Assembly (NCBI GenBank): GCA_963514005.1 | Contig: OY740791.1 | Coordinates: 17,360,001-17,424,000, forward strand | Direction of reading: 5' to 3' | Origin: Raja brachyura | Taxonomy: Eukaryota | DNA: 64,000 bases | Notes under the pieces: model-generated | Told to the model about the DNA's origin: nothing | The model's input: the letters and a program-made list of their open reading frames with translations, nothing else | Database searches by the model: none | Made by a program: the position numbers and the translations under genes | In this document: positions 36,801-51,800 of the stretch, one piece after another | Layout: every line of letters starts with the position of its first letter | Numbering within the stretch: position 1 is the first letter of the stretch

Positions 36801-39800
36801 CAACTAATGTATTTCCTCACTCTTGTTGGTGTGTGTTCAGTTAGTTTATAAAATATGTCATCTGAAAAATAACACCTTAGATGAAGATAGCAATTTAGAT
36901 TTTCTTTTGCAGTGGAAACAGTACATTGAAAATAGTTTGAAACCTCACCTGAGACTGATCATGCGAAGGTGGTGTGAGTTGAGCCACATCTGGTCCTGGT
37001 ACAGGCAAGATGTTGTTTGGGTAGTCTAGCAAGTAGGATACCACATTTGTATGCCCACCTTTAGCAGCTTCTATGAGCATAGTGGAGCCATCCTGAGGAA
37101 TAAAAAATTAGACCAAATTTCTTATTAAAGGAATTAATAAAATTAATAAAGTATCTTATACAGCAGAATTTCGTACTAAATGAAGTCAACAAAACTTGTC
37201 TTCCAATGCACATTTCAGTACCTTTAATCGATGCGTAGGATCTGCTCCATGTGCCAAAAGGAGTTCGACAACAGCAAGATGGCCTCCAGCACACGCCAAA
37301 GACACCACTGTATGATCATTGTTAGCTGTAGCTCTGTTCACATTTGCTCCTGAGAAGATGAAGTTAAAATCAAGTCATCATGGAACAACTGTTGTTTGAT
37401 CACATGTGCCCCCCCTGCACAATGCCCATCAATTGCTGGGTTAGAAAAATTCCACTTGATTCACTCATCATTGCTATTCTAACCCACTTGCAACTTTAGA
37501 TCCACAGTAATGCGATCAATTACCATCTGCCGTCTGATATAACTCAATTTTAGTGATACTCAGATATTGGAATATTAAATAGTTGCTGCACAATTACCCA
37601 TTTAAAAATTCTGTCAATATTTCAAGAAACACATTTCACGCACCCACCACTCAGTGTAAAATAAAAAAAACCCTACACTGTACATCTTTAAACTTTTCCC
37701 CTCTCACCTTACAGCTTTGCCTTCTAGTCTTTCACAGTTCCACCCAGGGTAGGTTCCGACTGTCTACCCTGCCCTATCTACGCCTCTCATAACTTTACAT
37801 ACTTCTATCACTGCTCCATTCAACCTTCGATATTGCAGAAAAAACAATCCAAGTTTGTCCCACCACTTCTTATAGGTAGTACACTGTAACACAAACATCA
37901 TTCTAGTAACCCTCCTCCTCACCCCTTCCAAAGTCTCGACTTTGTTCCTGTAATGGGGTGACTAAATCTGCATACAACACAGCCAATGCAAACTAACCAA
38001 AGTCCTATAAAGCTGAAATGTGACTTCCTGACTCTAATGCCCCAATGCCCTGATCGAGGTATTGCCAGCTTGATTTAATTTGATTGAACATGACAGGAAC
38101 ATAAAGAATGTAATGCATTTAGTAAGAGTTTTGACAACGTATGCAATCAATAATCTATGTGTGGTTTGATTCTAAATTACCAGGTTTTAAATTATGCTAG
38201 TGGAATTGGTAAAGAAAAAACTCATGTCTGATATCCAAGTGATGTTATTCCTTAGCCGGACCTTTTTTTGCTCCAGATTCTACATCTGCAGTTTCTAGCG
38301 TTTCCTTACATCTCAAATTGTCGATTTCTGTGCCTCAGTTTTGATCTCAAACCTAAACCAGACTGTCAGAGACAATTGACAATTATAGTCTTAAATTTTG
38401 TCACTTGTAGGTTAAAGTTCATTAAATGCATTATTTTTAAAACAAGATTTAAAAATTGGATTTTCAGGCCAATATTCATTGGAAATGAGTCAAACTGATT
38501 CAGGACATTCCAGAGGATAAATGATAGCAGGCCCACCTTTACTGATGAGAAATTGTACTGTACACAAATGGCCAGCTCTTGCAGCTTTCATCAGTGGTGT
38601 TCTCCCACCTTCAGATTCATGTTCCTGTTAAAACAAAGGCTTTAGGAACCTTGCAAAGGGGCTTAAGAACTGGAATCTAATTCCGTTGAAGTACATGCAA
38701 TTTCAAAAAGTGAAGCCATCACAGAAATATTTTGTATTTGCATATAAACTTGTAATTTAACTTTGGAATTATTTATTTTGTCCATTAATTGCACTTAAAA
38801 ATTACAGTTGAATGTTTGCTAAAAATGGATTCAATTTATACATTCAACTATCAGTCAAATTACCATGTTTACGCATGCCTATTGTTATAGGAAATAGTAA
38901 ATATTACCAAATCGGCTCCTGCTTGCAGAAGAACATCAGCAACATCAGTATGCCCATTTTCACATGCATAAGTTAAGGCTGTATCTCCTGTCGCAGTTGT
39001 AGCGTGTACGTTTGCGCCTGACAAAAGCAGAAATTATACATAAATAATATAGGCATAAAAGTTTAGCCATGAAAACAATTACTTGGCTTAGAAATATAAT
39101 ATTTTAAATTACAAGTCTGCATGATACAAAAATGTAAGTTTAGTTTATTGTCACGCATGCCCAGGTGCAGAGAAAAGCCCAATTACTTGAATGAAACATT
39201 TTTTAATTCAAGATACTGTTTCTACATCAGATGCAAGGCTTGAAGGGGAGATTCTAATTCCCTTAATTCTAAAGGAGAGATACCACAGCAACAGATTTTC
39301 GTACGCCTCAACAATTGAAATCAATGCTGCTTCAATTACAAACCTTTTGTTCTCAATTACAACCAAAAGTTAGTTAATACTCCATTTTTTAAAAAACATA
39401 TTAAAAGCACTAATTTTTACACCAACTTTGGAAACAGTTCATATGTAATGAAATACATTTTAGTTTAGAGTTACAGCTGGAAACAGGCCCTTCGGCCCAC
39501 CAAGTCCATGCTGAGCATCAATCACTCGCAGTGATCACCTATGGAGCACTCAGATTTGATCGGCAATTTTGATCCCGGCTTAATCATTTCTGAACGGAGT
39601 TAAAGAGAAAGACAGAAACGGAAGTGCACCATGATGTTCAGAAAGCTATAAAAATACGACTGTAATGCAAACTAGCAACAATTTTGAACTAAGATTTGAC
39701 ATTTAGAAAATTAGCAAACCATTAGAAAATCAAAACATACCTGCTGCAAGTAAATACTTGACCAATTCAAGATGGCCTTCTTGAGCAGCCTCCATCAATG

Positions 39801-42800
39801 GTGTCGAGCAACCTAATTCAATGTCAGCCCCTGCCTTTATTAAGAAGTCTGCAACTTCCAAGAATCCCCCACAGCAAGCAAGTGTCAGTGCCGTCTCCTG
39901 GGTTTCTTCAGTCTGTGCATTTATATTGGCTCCTAAAAGAATTCCAACAGCAACATGTTATTTATGAAGTTCTTGATCAATGAGAAATCAGAACTAGTTT
40001 TCTACCTCTACCTCAAACTCTTTTTTTTTTTTAAATATAATAAAAATAATAAAACAATTCAATATTCTGAACATATAAGCATTCACAGCATCTTGGATAG
40101 TAAATTCCAGAGATTCACAACTGTCAGTAGGAAGTTGCAGACCTCACCTCAGTCCCAAAATAACCAAAAATGTAACTAGAAATTTCTAAGCGTCTTGCAT
40201 GGCAAGGCAATTAAATATACAAATGTAACCACAATCCCCCACAATAAACATCAGTCTAGAGAACCTTCACTCAGTTCCTCCAAGTATATCTTTCCTGGGG
40301 TAAAGAGAAAACTGTGAAGCACTACAATGTTCTCATCGGGATCTTGTAAAATTACAACTATGGTAACAGATCTTTTTCGAACATAAAATGAATGCAATCA
40401 TATGCAATCACAAAGATAAATCTTCTGGGGCTGATCAGATATAGCCAAGGACACTGGTGAGCTAGAGAATAAATTGCAGAAGCCCTGACTGATATATATT
40501 AATCATTAGGCACAGATGAGATGTTGGAAGTCTGGAGGATGGCTAATGTTGTGCCTATATTTAAGAAGGGCTGCAAGGAAAAGCCTGGGAACCATAGACC
40601 AGTAAGGCTAACATCTGTGCTGGGCAAGTTACTGGAGAAGATTCTGAGGAATAAGATATACAATGCATTTGGGTGGACACAGGTTGATTAGGGATAATCA
40701 GCATAATTTTGTATGTGGGAGATAGCGTCTTCCAAATGTTATTGGGATTTGCGAAGTAACCAAAACGGGTGACAAGGGCAAATCCGCAAACTTCATGGAT
40801 GAGAAACAAGGCATTAGAAAAGGTTCTGCATGGTAGGCTGCTCTGGAAGGCTAGAGTACATGGTATCCAGGGAGAGCTAGTTCACTTGATAGAGAATTAG
40901 CATCATGGAAGGAAGCAGATGGTGTTTTTTGGAGTGGAAGCATCTGACCAGAGATGTGCTTCAGGGAACGGTGCTGGACCCATTCAAGTTTATGGTTTAT
41001 ATCAAGGATTAGAATGAAAATGTACTTGGCATGATTAGTAAGTTTGCAGATGACACTAAAGTGGGTGCTATGATAAATAGCAAAGATGGTTATTAAAAAT
41101 TGCAAGAAGCTTGCTGCTCCATTGCAGGAAGGATTTGGAGACTTGAGAGGATGCTGAAGAGGTTTACCAGAATGCTGCCTGTATTAGCTACAAGGAGAGG
41201 CTGAACAAACTTGGATTGTTTTCTCTGGGGTTGAGGGGAGACCTGATGGAGGCATATAAAATTATTAGAGGCAGTGATAGGGTAGACAGAACTTTTTTCT
41301 CCCGGGTGGAAATGTCAAAGATATAGCATAGGTTTACAGTGAGTGTGGCAAAAGCCTTTTTTAATTTTATTTTTTTACACACCTTGGTGGGTACCAGTTT
41401 AAGAGGCTTTTAGATAGGTACATGGATATGAAGGGATTTGGATCATGTGCAGGCACATAAGATTTTATTGCCTTGGCATCATGTTTGGCATGAAATTTGT
41501 AGGGCAAAGAGCCTGCTCCTATGATGTACTTTTCTATGTTTTATGTTCTGTATTAATTAACTGTCAGTTCCATATTTGTATTTAACATGTTATACTCCAA
41601 TCTTTTCAAAATAATGCATAGGTTTTTGTTAATTGCACACTGCATGTAATAACAACGTTCTTGTGAATACACTCCCCACCATTCAAGCATTTGTCCACTC
41701 ATCTCACCATTCAAATGCTTGTCATACCAAAATGGTTAACATCACAATTCATATTCACCAGTTGCTGTTTTTGCTCATTTAGCCCACCTACATTCTATAA
41801 CAGCCTTTCAGTATCCCTCTAGAAACTACATCCTGAATTGTTTCCCCTAGTTTTCTGTCTATTAACCAAATTCTTAATCCATTCTGGTATATTATCTACC
41901 AAAGAAACTTTGTAGTAACAACCTATTGTGTGGCCTGTATTTAAAATCCAAATATGCTGAATTTTTTGGCTCCCCTTGTCAAGATGGCTAATTAAATTTG
42001 TCAAAAATGATCCATCAACCCAATATATACCAACCTCCAAAATGTTTGTTTCTGCATAATCACATAATGTTTTGTGATCACTTACATTTCAATAAACGAC
42101 TTGGACATCTTACAGCCTTGTGTGTATCTCCCTGTCTATTCTGATAGGGACCATGCTATAAACTGGGGATAACTGGAAGACTGAAATCTTCATCTCTTTA
42201 TTGGATTTCAGTATGGACAAACTTAACAAGTCTGTTTACTACCAGGATTCATTTCATACGTTTCTCATTCTTATCCTGGCTTACGCATGGAAAACCAAGT
42301 CTCAATTTAATGATAATTTTGGAACTGTCAACACTTTAGAATTAAAATAGGTATCAAATGCAAATTAACTTAGCAAGTAACGTTTTTGATATAATTAAAA
42401 TAATGATAGCATTGCAGTGACAAGAGACTGTAGATACTGGAATCTTGAGTGCGAAACAAACTATTGGCAGAGCAGAAGGGTCCTGACCCGAAACATTACC
42501 TATCCACGTTCTTCATAGATGCTGCTTGACCAGTTGAGTTATACCAGAACTGTGTCCTTTTGTGTAAACGTGCACCTGCAGTTCTTTGTTTATACTGGAG
42601 GTATACTCGGGTCCGATAGCATTTAGCAGCATAATGTTTTAATTACTGACATTACCTTATTTGAAGCTACACAAAAGGCTGGAGAAACTCAGCGGGTGCA
42701 GCAGCATCTAAGGAGCGAAGGAGATAGGCAATGTTTCGGGCCAAAACCCTTCTTCAGACCCTTACCTTATTTGAACTCTGAAAGTACGTACAATGTTAAA

Positions 42801-45800
42801 ACATGCTCCAGCAGATGTGAGGATTGTTTCTATTTAATGGATGCACCTTCACTACCCATTCCCATCTCTCTGGTAAATTTGCATGAAAGTTAAATCCATG
42901 TAGAACATTTAATCAATTGTTTCGTTGTACAACAATGCCATTTTTGTAAGTGTAAGAGACATTTCGTACCCTGAGCAAGCAGCAAAGCTACCATTTCCTC
43001 ATGGCCTTCTCGTGATGCTTCCATTAATGGTGTATATCCTTCATCGTTTACTTCTTCAAGGTTGGCTCCTCTTTCTATGAGCAAAGCTGCTAGCTCCACA
43101 TGACCACCACAAGCAGCAAGCGTCAGTGGCGACTCAAAAGAATCAGCTGGCATATTTACTTGGGCACCACTGTCCAAAAGGAGCCGAGCAACTTCAACAT
43201 GGCCATCCTGCTTGGTAAAGTTAACTGTCAGTCTATTCATACATTAAACATCCAGCACATACTATTGTAATAAACATAAATCAAATGCAAACCAGTTTTG
43301 AACATCAATAATACAAATTCAGCCAAAATGGAAAATGCTGGAAATGTTCAGCAAAGAACGTTGCTTTAGGAGAGAAAGCATGAACAGTTCAGATTATTGC
43401 TTACGCAAAAATATGTCAATTAGAAAAGAGAATTACAACCAGTTCCTCAAGCTGGTTAGTGATCCAGATATGCTTTGTATACCTATGCCTCATAACAGAA
43501 GCATAACCGCGGTACAGGTCATCCGCAGGTCATAGCAGGGTTCCATTCCTGTGAGCTGTTCGTAACATAGAAAATAGGTGCAGGAGTAGGCCATTCGAGC
43601 CAGCCCAACCATTCAATATGATCTTGGCTGATCATCCAAAATCAGTACCGTTCCTGCTTTCTCCCCATATCCCTCGATTCTGTTAGCCCCAATAGCTATA
43701 TCTACTGAAAGCCGAACAGTTCACAAGAAATGTGGTCTCAAACCATGCTCCCACCCGGCAGAAGTGCCTTCACCACTGCAGCAGACTGCAAATCCATATC
43801 ACCAGTCTCCCATAGCTGGGCATGCATTAGTTGGTGAGGATCTGTACTTTTGCTTTCATAACATTGTTTAATGCCCAATTACGTAATATACCTACATATA
43901 AGCCTTTTGCAAATCATGTACTAGTATACTCAGATTCCTCCACAAAGCTCGGTTGAATCTTTAACCATTTTCCAAATGCCCTGGCACCAATCACTGCGGT
44001 ACAGCACATTACATCCAGACAACCCATTTATGCCTACTGTTTCATGTAAGACACCCAATCTATCCATGGCAAATACATTACCTCTTCCATCAAGAGTCTT
44101 TAAATTCTGCAATAATCATTGAAGCACAATCATATCAAATACTTCTGAAGATCTTGGTGTATCCATCCGTTCCCCTTTACCCACAGCATATCCCTCTTGA
44201 AAGAATTTGATCTTTTCACCATTGACACTACCTGAATTCTTTCAGCATTTTCTGATACTTCAGATTTCAAGCAGTCAATTTACTTTGTACAAAGGTTATT
44301 AAAAAAAGATAAAAACACGCACTATCACGTGAAAAGATTGTTCATTTTGTGAAATTCAAATAACATGGAAATTGATGCTAAATATTTCCGAAAATGTAAT
44401 CATAATTAAGCACAAAACAAATTGCTATAATCTTGAATATTGATAAATTCCTCATTCCAGTGTTTTGATTTTTTTTCTAAGACAAATTGCATTAGTTTCC
44501 TTCAGATCGTATTACTTTGCAATTTGTATTTAACTAGACCAAATAGAGTCTTAATTTGTTCAGTAAAATTAACATATAATAAGGCTGTAAACAAAGTGTA
44601 ATATATTAAAACCCAACAAAACCGATGTAGCATTTTTTAAAGGGATGGAGAAAAGGAGCAGCATGAAAACACTTACCATACATGCCTCCATTAAAGCTGT
44701 GTGCATCTCATCAGTTTTGTGTTCCTGATCAGCACCAGCATCAAGAAGAAACCTCACCATTTCCAAATGACCTGTACGATACAGAAGGGGTAGTTACAAT
44801 TTAAAAAAACTAACACTAAATCTAAATTATTGTTGAACTGTAGAAAATCATGTTAATTCAGTTTCAGACTGAATAAAGTCATTAGTATTTTATCATAATG
44901 ATACTGTAACAAGAGACCACCATCAATATTTCACAATAAGCCCTGCATATGAGGCTTCTATTTCCCTTACTTTTTCATACTTTGGTTTTATTATCGAGAA
45001 TGAAGTGGTACTGGGGTAGGGCACTAGGGTGGGGCACTCACCAAGTTCTAACAATAGCATTTCAAACATGGCACGGGTTTGTGAAAACTTTATACTGTAG
45101 CATTTCAGGATACTACTTACATTGGTTTAATAGCACAATACTTCAATTTGGGTCCATATATTAAAAATATAAATGCAGCTTTTTTTTTTAAACATTGATT
45201 ATTTTATACACATGCCAAATGTTCTGAATATACTCTGACTATTTTATCACATTACAATTACTCGCTAGTAGGTGTTGTTTTATTCCATTCATTATACCAG
45301 CAGCTGATTCAAGTTTCTACTTGCATTTATTGATTTTCCAGTTTCAAAATGCATTTTTCTATGACACCATTAAAGAATAGTTATCATACCTTTGTAACAT
45401 GCCAGCGTAAGTGCACTCTCTTTAAACTCATTTGAATGAGTATTTATTCCAGCGCCATATTCTAAGAGCACCCGAGCAACTTCAACATGGCCAGCACTTG
45501 CTGCTTCCATCAGAGGTGTATGACCATTTTCATTGTGATCCTCAATGTTGGCTCCCGCTTTCAGAAGTACTTTTACAACATCAACAAACCCTCCTGCACA
45601 GGCATATGTGAGTGCTGTGTTTCCTGAGGATTTTTTTTCAAAAATCAATACACATGTAAACTATTGTAAATAAGAAAACTTTACAAAAAAAACAAATTTC
45701 GATAGTCAAATATAATTTCTACTTACCTGTTGAAGATTGAGCATTTACATCGGCATCATGGGCCAACAGCAATTTCACTATGTCAACATAGCCTCCACTG

Positions 45801-48800
45801 GCAGCTGCCATCAATGGGGTTATGTCTCCTTTGATGCCCCGATCTTCAACATTAGCATGCACAGCTAGCAGAACCTTAATTAAAGAAGTTGTTAAATTAA
45901 TATGATACAAAAGGATAGATGGTAAAATTGCATGTTTCACTTAGCAAATAGAATTTAAGGAGCATCCATTAAAGGCCCCGTATCAAAATAAATATAATGA
46001 GAGAAAGAACTCATAAGATATGAATAGGCCTTAATTCATGGTGTTCCACTTTAATGAGATCACAGCTGATGTGCGACCTACTCACTTTTATATAAAAATG
46101 AATTTGGGATTTTAAAATGTATCTTCCTCTATCTATCTAAATACATAAATAAAACTCTGATCTTATTATCTTCCGGTTTTGCAGTCTTTCTATTTGCGGG
46201 AAAACGGTTTGCGATAGCGTTACGATTTCCCGCCACACTCGCCGTTCTCCTGTGCTGCGAATGCACCAAGTTTTGTTCCGATGGGTTGAATGTCGGAAAA
46301 GTTAGCAAGCTTTAAAAATCTTAAAAACCACGCGCGCGCAGATCGATCGCTTCTCCCGCTAGTCAGCACCGCGCAGATTAGTCTCTTCCCCCGTCACTCG
46401 CCAGGACAGTCCGCCCCTTCCTGCGCCATCGCATCTTAACCAGAGCTGAGGATGGGCGGCGGAGGTTCCCAACCGGACACAATTTTCGGAGGGACGCGAA
46501 GCGGCCCCAGCCCCAAGTAGCCCAGCGTGGGAGGCCCGGCCAGGCCCAGCGTGGGAGGCCCGGCCCGGCCCAGCGTGGGAGGCCCGGCCCGGCCCAGCGT
46601 GGGAGGCCCGGCCCGGCCCAGCGTGGGAGGCCCGGCCCGGCCCGGCCCAGCGTGGGAGGCCCGGCCCGGCCCGGCCCAGCGTGGGAGGCCCGGCCCGGCC
46701 CGGCCCAGCGTGGGAGGCCCGGCCCAGCCCGGCCCAGCGTGGGAGGCCCGGCCCGGCCCGGCCCAGCGTGGGAGGCCCGGCCCGGCCCGGCCCAGCGTGG
46801 GAGGCCCGGCCCAGCGTGGGAGGCCCGGCCCGGCCCAGCGTGGGAGGCCCGGCCCGGCCCAGCGTGGGAGGCCCGGCCCGGCCCAGCGTGGGAGGCCCGG
46901 CCCGGCCCAGCGTGGGAGGCCCGGCCCGGCCCGGCCCAGCGTGGGAGGCCCGGCCCGGCCCGGCCCAGCGTGGGAGGCCCGGCCCGGCCCGGCCCAGCGT
47001 GGGAGGCCCGGCCCGGCCCGGCCCAGCGTGGGAGGCCCGGCCCGGCCCGGCCCAGCGTGGGAGGCCCGGCCCGGCCCGGCCCAGCGTGGGAGGCCCGGCC
47101 CGGCCCGGCCCAGCGTGGGAGGCCCGGCCCGGCCCGGCCCAGCGTGGGAGGCCCGGCCCGGCCCGGCCCAGCGTGGGAGGCCCGGCCCGGCCCGGCCCAG
47201 CGTGGGAGGCCCGGCCCGGCCCGGCCCAGCGTGGGAGGCCCGGCCCGGCCCGGCCCAGCGTGGGAGGCCCGGCCCGGCCCGGCCCAGCGTGGGAGGCCCG
47301 GCCCGGCCCGGCCCAGCGTGGGAGACCCGGCCCGGCCCGGCCCAGCGTGGGAGACCCGGCCCAGCGTGGGAGACCCGGCCCAGCGTGGGAGACCCGGCCC
47401 AGCGTGGGAGACCCGGCCCAGCGTGGGAGACCCGGCCCAGCGTGGGAGACCCGGCCCAGCGTGGGAGACCCGGCCCAGCGTGGGAGACCCGGCCCAGCGT
47501 GGGAGACCCGGCCCAGCGTGGGAGACCCGGCCCAGCGTGGGAGACCCGGCCCAGCGTGGGAGACCCGGCCCAGCGTGGGAGACCCGGCCCAGCGTGGGAG
47601 ACCCGGCCCAGCGTGGGAGACCCGGCCCAGCGTGGGAGACCCGGCCCAGCGTGGGAGACCCGGCCCAGCGTGGGAGACCCGGCCCAGCCCAGCGTGGGAG
47701 ACCCGGCCCAGCCCAGCGTGGGAGACCCGGCCCAGCCCAGCGTGGGAGACCCGGCCCAGCCCAGCGTGGGAGACCCGGCCCAGCCCAGCGTGGGAGACCC
47801 GGCCCAGCCCAGCGTGGGAGACCCGGCCCAGCCCAGCCCAGCGTGGGAGACCCGGCCCGGCCCAGCCCAGCGTGGGAGACCCGGCCCGACCCAGCGTGGG
47901 AGACACGGCCCGGCCCAGCCCAGCGTGGGAGACCCGGCCCGACCCAGCGTGGGAGACCCGGCCCAGCCCAGCCCAGCGTGGGAGACCCGGCCCAGCCCAG
48001 CCCAGCGTGGGAGACCCGGCCCAGCCCAGCCCAGCGTGGGAGACCCGGCCCGGCCCAGCCCAGCCTGGGAGACTCGGCCCGGCCCAGCCCAGTCCAGCCT
48101 GGGAGACCCGGCCCAGCCCAGCCCAGCGTGGGAGACCCGGCCCAGCGTGGGAGACCCAGTCCAGCCCACATCCCTTTGCACCGATTTCTGGATTCCCAGC
48201 TAAAAAAGTCTTTGTCTTTATTCCTACTACTAAAATGCATGACTCCACACTTTGCTACACTATATTCCATCTGCTACTTCTCTGGCTACTCTCCCAACCT
48301 GTCCAAGTCCTTCTGCAGAGTCCCTGCTCTCTCTACATTACCTGCCCCTCCACATATTTTCATATAATCCGCAAACAGCCAAAGCCTTCAATCCCCTCGT
48401 CCAAATCATTAATATACAACGTGATGAGTAGCGGCCCCAGCACTGACGCCTGCAAACTCAGTCACTGGCAGCCAACCAGAAAAAGCCCCCTTTATTGCCA
48501 CTCTTTGTCTTCTGCCTTCAGCCAACCTGCTATCCATGCTAGTATCTGCCCTTTGATACCGTGGGCTCACATATTCCTTAGCAGCCTCACCTTATCAAAG
48601 GTTTTCTGAAAATCTAAAGTAAACAACATCTACTGACTCTCCTTCGTCTATCCTACTATTTACATCAAAGAATTCCAACAAATTTCATGCAAGACCTCCC
48701 CTTTACAAAGCCATGCTGACTTTTGCCTGTTTTTATCATGAACTTCCTTTATAATGGAATCTAAAATCTTACCAACCACCGAAGTCAGACTCTCAAAGTC

Positions 48801-51800
48801 ACCCCCGACTCTTTTGAATTTCAGGCACGTTGTTGGTATCTTCCACTGTGTTTACAGTGGCCAGCAACCTACTAACCCGCACATCAGAGTAACTAGAATA
48901 AGCCCACGCAGTTCAAGGAAGAATGTGCAAATTTCACACAGACAGCATCCAAGGTTCGCATTGAACCCTGGCCTCTGGCGCTATGATGCAGCAACTGCTC
49001 CAGCTTTTGCACTATGTTCTCCTGTCAAGTGCTTCACCTCCTGTTCAGGTCAATCATATTTCCTTCACCTACATATTTATCCCTACCTCCCATCTGAATT
49101 ACATTAGTGCTGGAGCAGTCATTGTCAGATTTTAGCATGTGGCATTTATGGTAGTTATCCTGTGCTTAAACAGCATGAAAACAGATTTGACCCATTTCTT
49201 CTTTGCATTCCACCACCATTTATTTGCCAATATTTCCTCTCCTTGATCTTTACTTAACCCCAAATTTAAACAACCTCATCGATAGCAATCTTAATCTGAA
49301 ATTTTAAGATCCAATTTCTCTGTTTGTTATCCAAGTCCGACCTCAAATGTCAACTGACAAGTTACCATGATGTGAAAATAAAAATAACATGCCAAGCTAA
49401 TTGCAATATGATTAGGATCCCAAATGTCCTCTGCAGAAATATAGCCAAATAATTAATTTTTGTTATTTAACAAGTCAACATCAGACATAAATAGGAAACA
49501 GTAGAAATACTAAAAAGGTGAACTGCAGTGTTACAAAAAAAAAAAGAGGATGTTAAAGTACATTTATTGTCACTCAGACGTACTAATACTTACTTGTGCA
49601 AGTTCATAGTACCCGGCTGAGCACGCCAAACACAGCAGACTCTCTCCCTCTTCTGTATGCTCATTGACACTTCGTCCTTCATCCAGCAGTTTTCGGACAG
49701 CATTTACATCCCCATCTGAGCATGCTTCTGCCAAGCTTCGGCTAACAACAAAAATAAATTAATTTTATAGAAACACATATACTCTAACAATTTATTTTTG
49801 AACTCCATTGAAGGCAGAGCCAAAACAGCAAATCATATGATGCTCGAATGCATTCATACACAAGTTTTGATGCCAGTGTTTTTTCTGTATGTCTGGGTCT
49901 GCACTAACTTGCTTTAAGTTGTTAATTAGAACGACAATTAAATTTACCATTCATCAGATAAAAAAGGTTTGAATGCAAATATTTTCTATAACAAAGACAA
50001 TAAAGTCAGAGGACAGGGATGAAATCACCAAGTGATGTTTATTTATGGCAGCTTGAACAATGTTCATGAACTGTGCTTCTATTGAGCAGTGGTCTTTGGC
50101 AGGTTGTGGCCTTGACTATACGCAGCCTCACCATTTGCTCAGCCAAATCAATAATAACCTTAGAAAAACCAGGGTCAAAATCTGGATCAGCGAATTGCCA
50201 CATAATGATTCTAAATGTATCCTACAAATTATAATTTGTAACATGGTGAATGGTAATAACTTGATACAAGGTATTCATTTCATTCATGGAAAGTACTTCC
50301 TAACAACAAAAACATCTCAGCTGTCTTTGCTTCCTGGTTCATGCTTCATGGGAGTTCACTGCGAAGGCAGGCTGCCAAAGTCAGGAATGGAGCAGCAGAC
50401 ATTACTGTGCAACTTTTTCATTATTACGTGGGGTATCAGCATCAGAACTGAACCTGCATTTTAGGAACTATTGGTGAATTCTATCCCTTAACTGTTACAA
50501 CTTTTAGTTAAGAGCGAATCAACTATATTCTACTTAATAATTTGCTCCAAAGATATAGAGATATCTCCATCAAAAAAAAATCTTTGCTCTCACATGCATG
50601 TCATGAGCAATTGGAAAAGTCTTATGTACACACACTTACACAACATTCAAACTCCATTTTTTCTGCCTCTCCATTAAAGATATGGAATTATTTATATTGT
50701 ACATTGATATATTAAAACGCTCATTTGCCCTTGAACAGCTAGGCACAGAGACAAATCTACATCCTGTCTTACACTATGTCCTTCCAATGTCTTTTACTGT
50801 TTTTTCCATAATGAGCCTCTGCCATACCTCTGCCAATCCACTCTTGTCTCATGTACACAATAACAAAGGTTAATTAATTGAAATTTAATATGATTTCTAT
50901 AACTGGCCTAAATATTAAATGGTGAAACTAAACTTTATTTGTAAGCTGGGGTACACAAAAGGCTGGAGAAACTCAGCGGGGGCAGCAGCATCTAAGCAGT
51001 GAAGGAGATAGGCGACGTTTCGGGCCGAGACCCTTCTTCAGACATAAGCTATTGTTTTAAAAGATTAAGCTGGAATAAAGTTTTTTTATTTTTAAATAAA
51101 CAGATAGATGGAATAACAAAGGTTGTAATGGCAGATTTTAAATTTTAAAAGCAAGTTTTAAAAACTAAATGCATAAACTTAATTGCTTTCAAAAAATTGG
51201 TTTACAATATGAAAAGCAAACCATGACATTAAACAATTACATACTAAAATGGGTATTATAATGGGAATATAGTTCAGCATTAGTGTCTAAGTTGGCTTCT
51301 TACACAACTATATTGTTTTTGAGAGATCAATTTTTCTAGATATGTGGGTAGTACAGAGGCTCATATGCATATACATTTCATTATATATAAACTCATCTTT
51401 TGAAATGTACAATTATCAATATTAGACATATTCTAAAATAACAAGCCATGCAATGCCTCCTTTCCAAAATAGAACAGAAAACCACACAGGGAGACTATAC
51501 TGAAAAAGTTACAGGTGTAAATATTCCTGTCACAGAAAATTATGCAAACATGCAATAAAACAGGAACTAACGGGAGCAATCAGTCAATTCATGCCGCAAG
51601 AAAAAAGGGCAGAAATCAAAACTACCAGCGGTAAAATTAGTTTTATGATATTACCACTCTTCACGTTAAAATGCTATTTTGTTAAACAACGTTTTCTTCT
51701 ACATTTACCAACACTCAAAAAAATTAAAAAGACACGTACTTGTCTGCTTGTCCTGCATTTAGAGTATTCTCTGCTCTCATCCGGGTCAAGGCAGCAGCAG

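Noticed and set aside
43514-44260. Tigger/pogo-like remnant
   Set aside because: Only vague terminal and peptide similarity; TIR pair could not be defined.
46520-48165. CRISPR-like repeat-spacer array
   Set aside because: Spacers are only copies of CCCGG/CCCAG, not unique sequence; eukaryotic intron; no cas genes.
46359-48609. Six overlapping ORFs of 558-642 aa
   Set aside because: They arise from a stop-free minisatellite open in all six frames; the translations are pure repeats.
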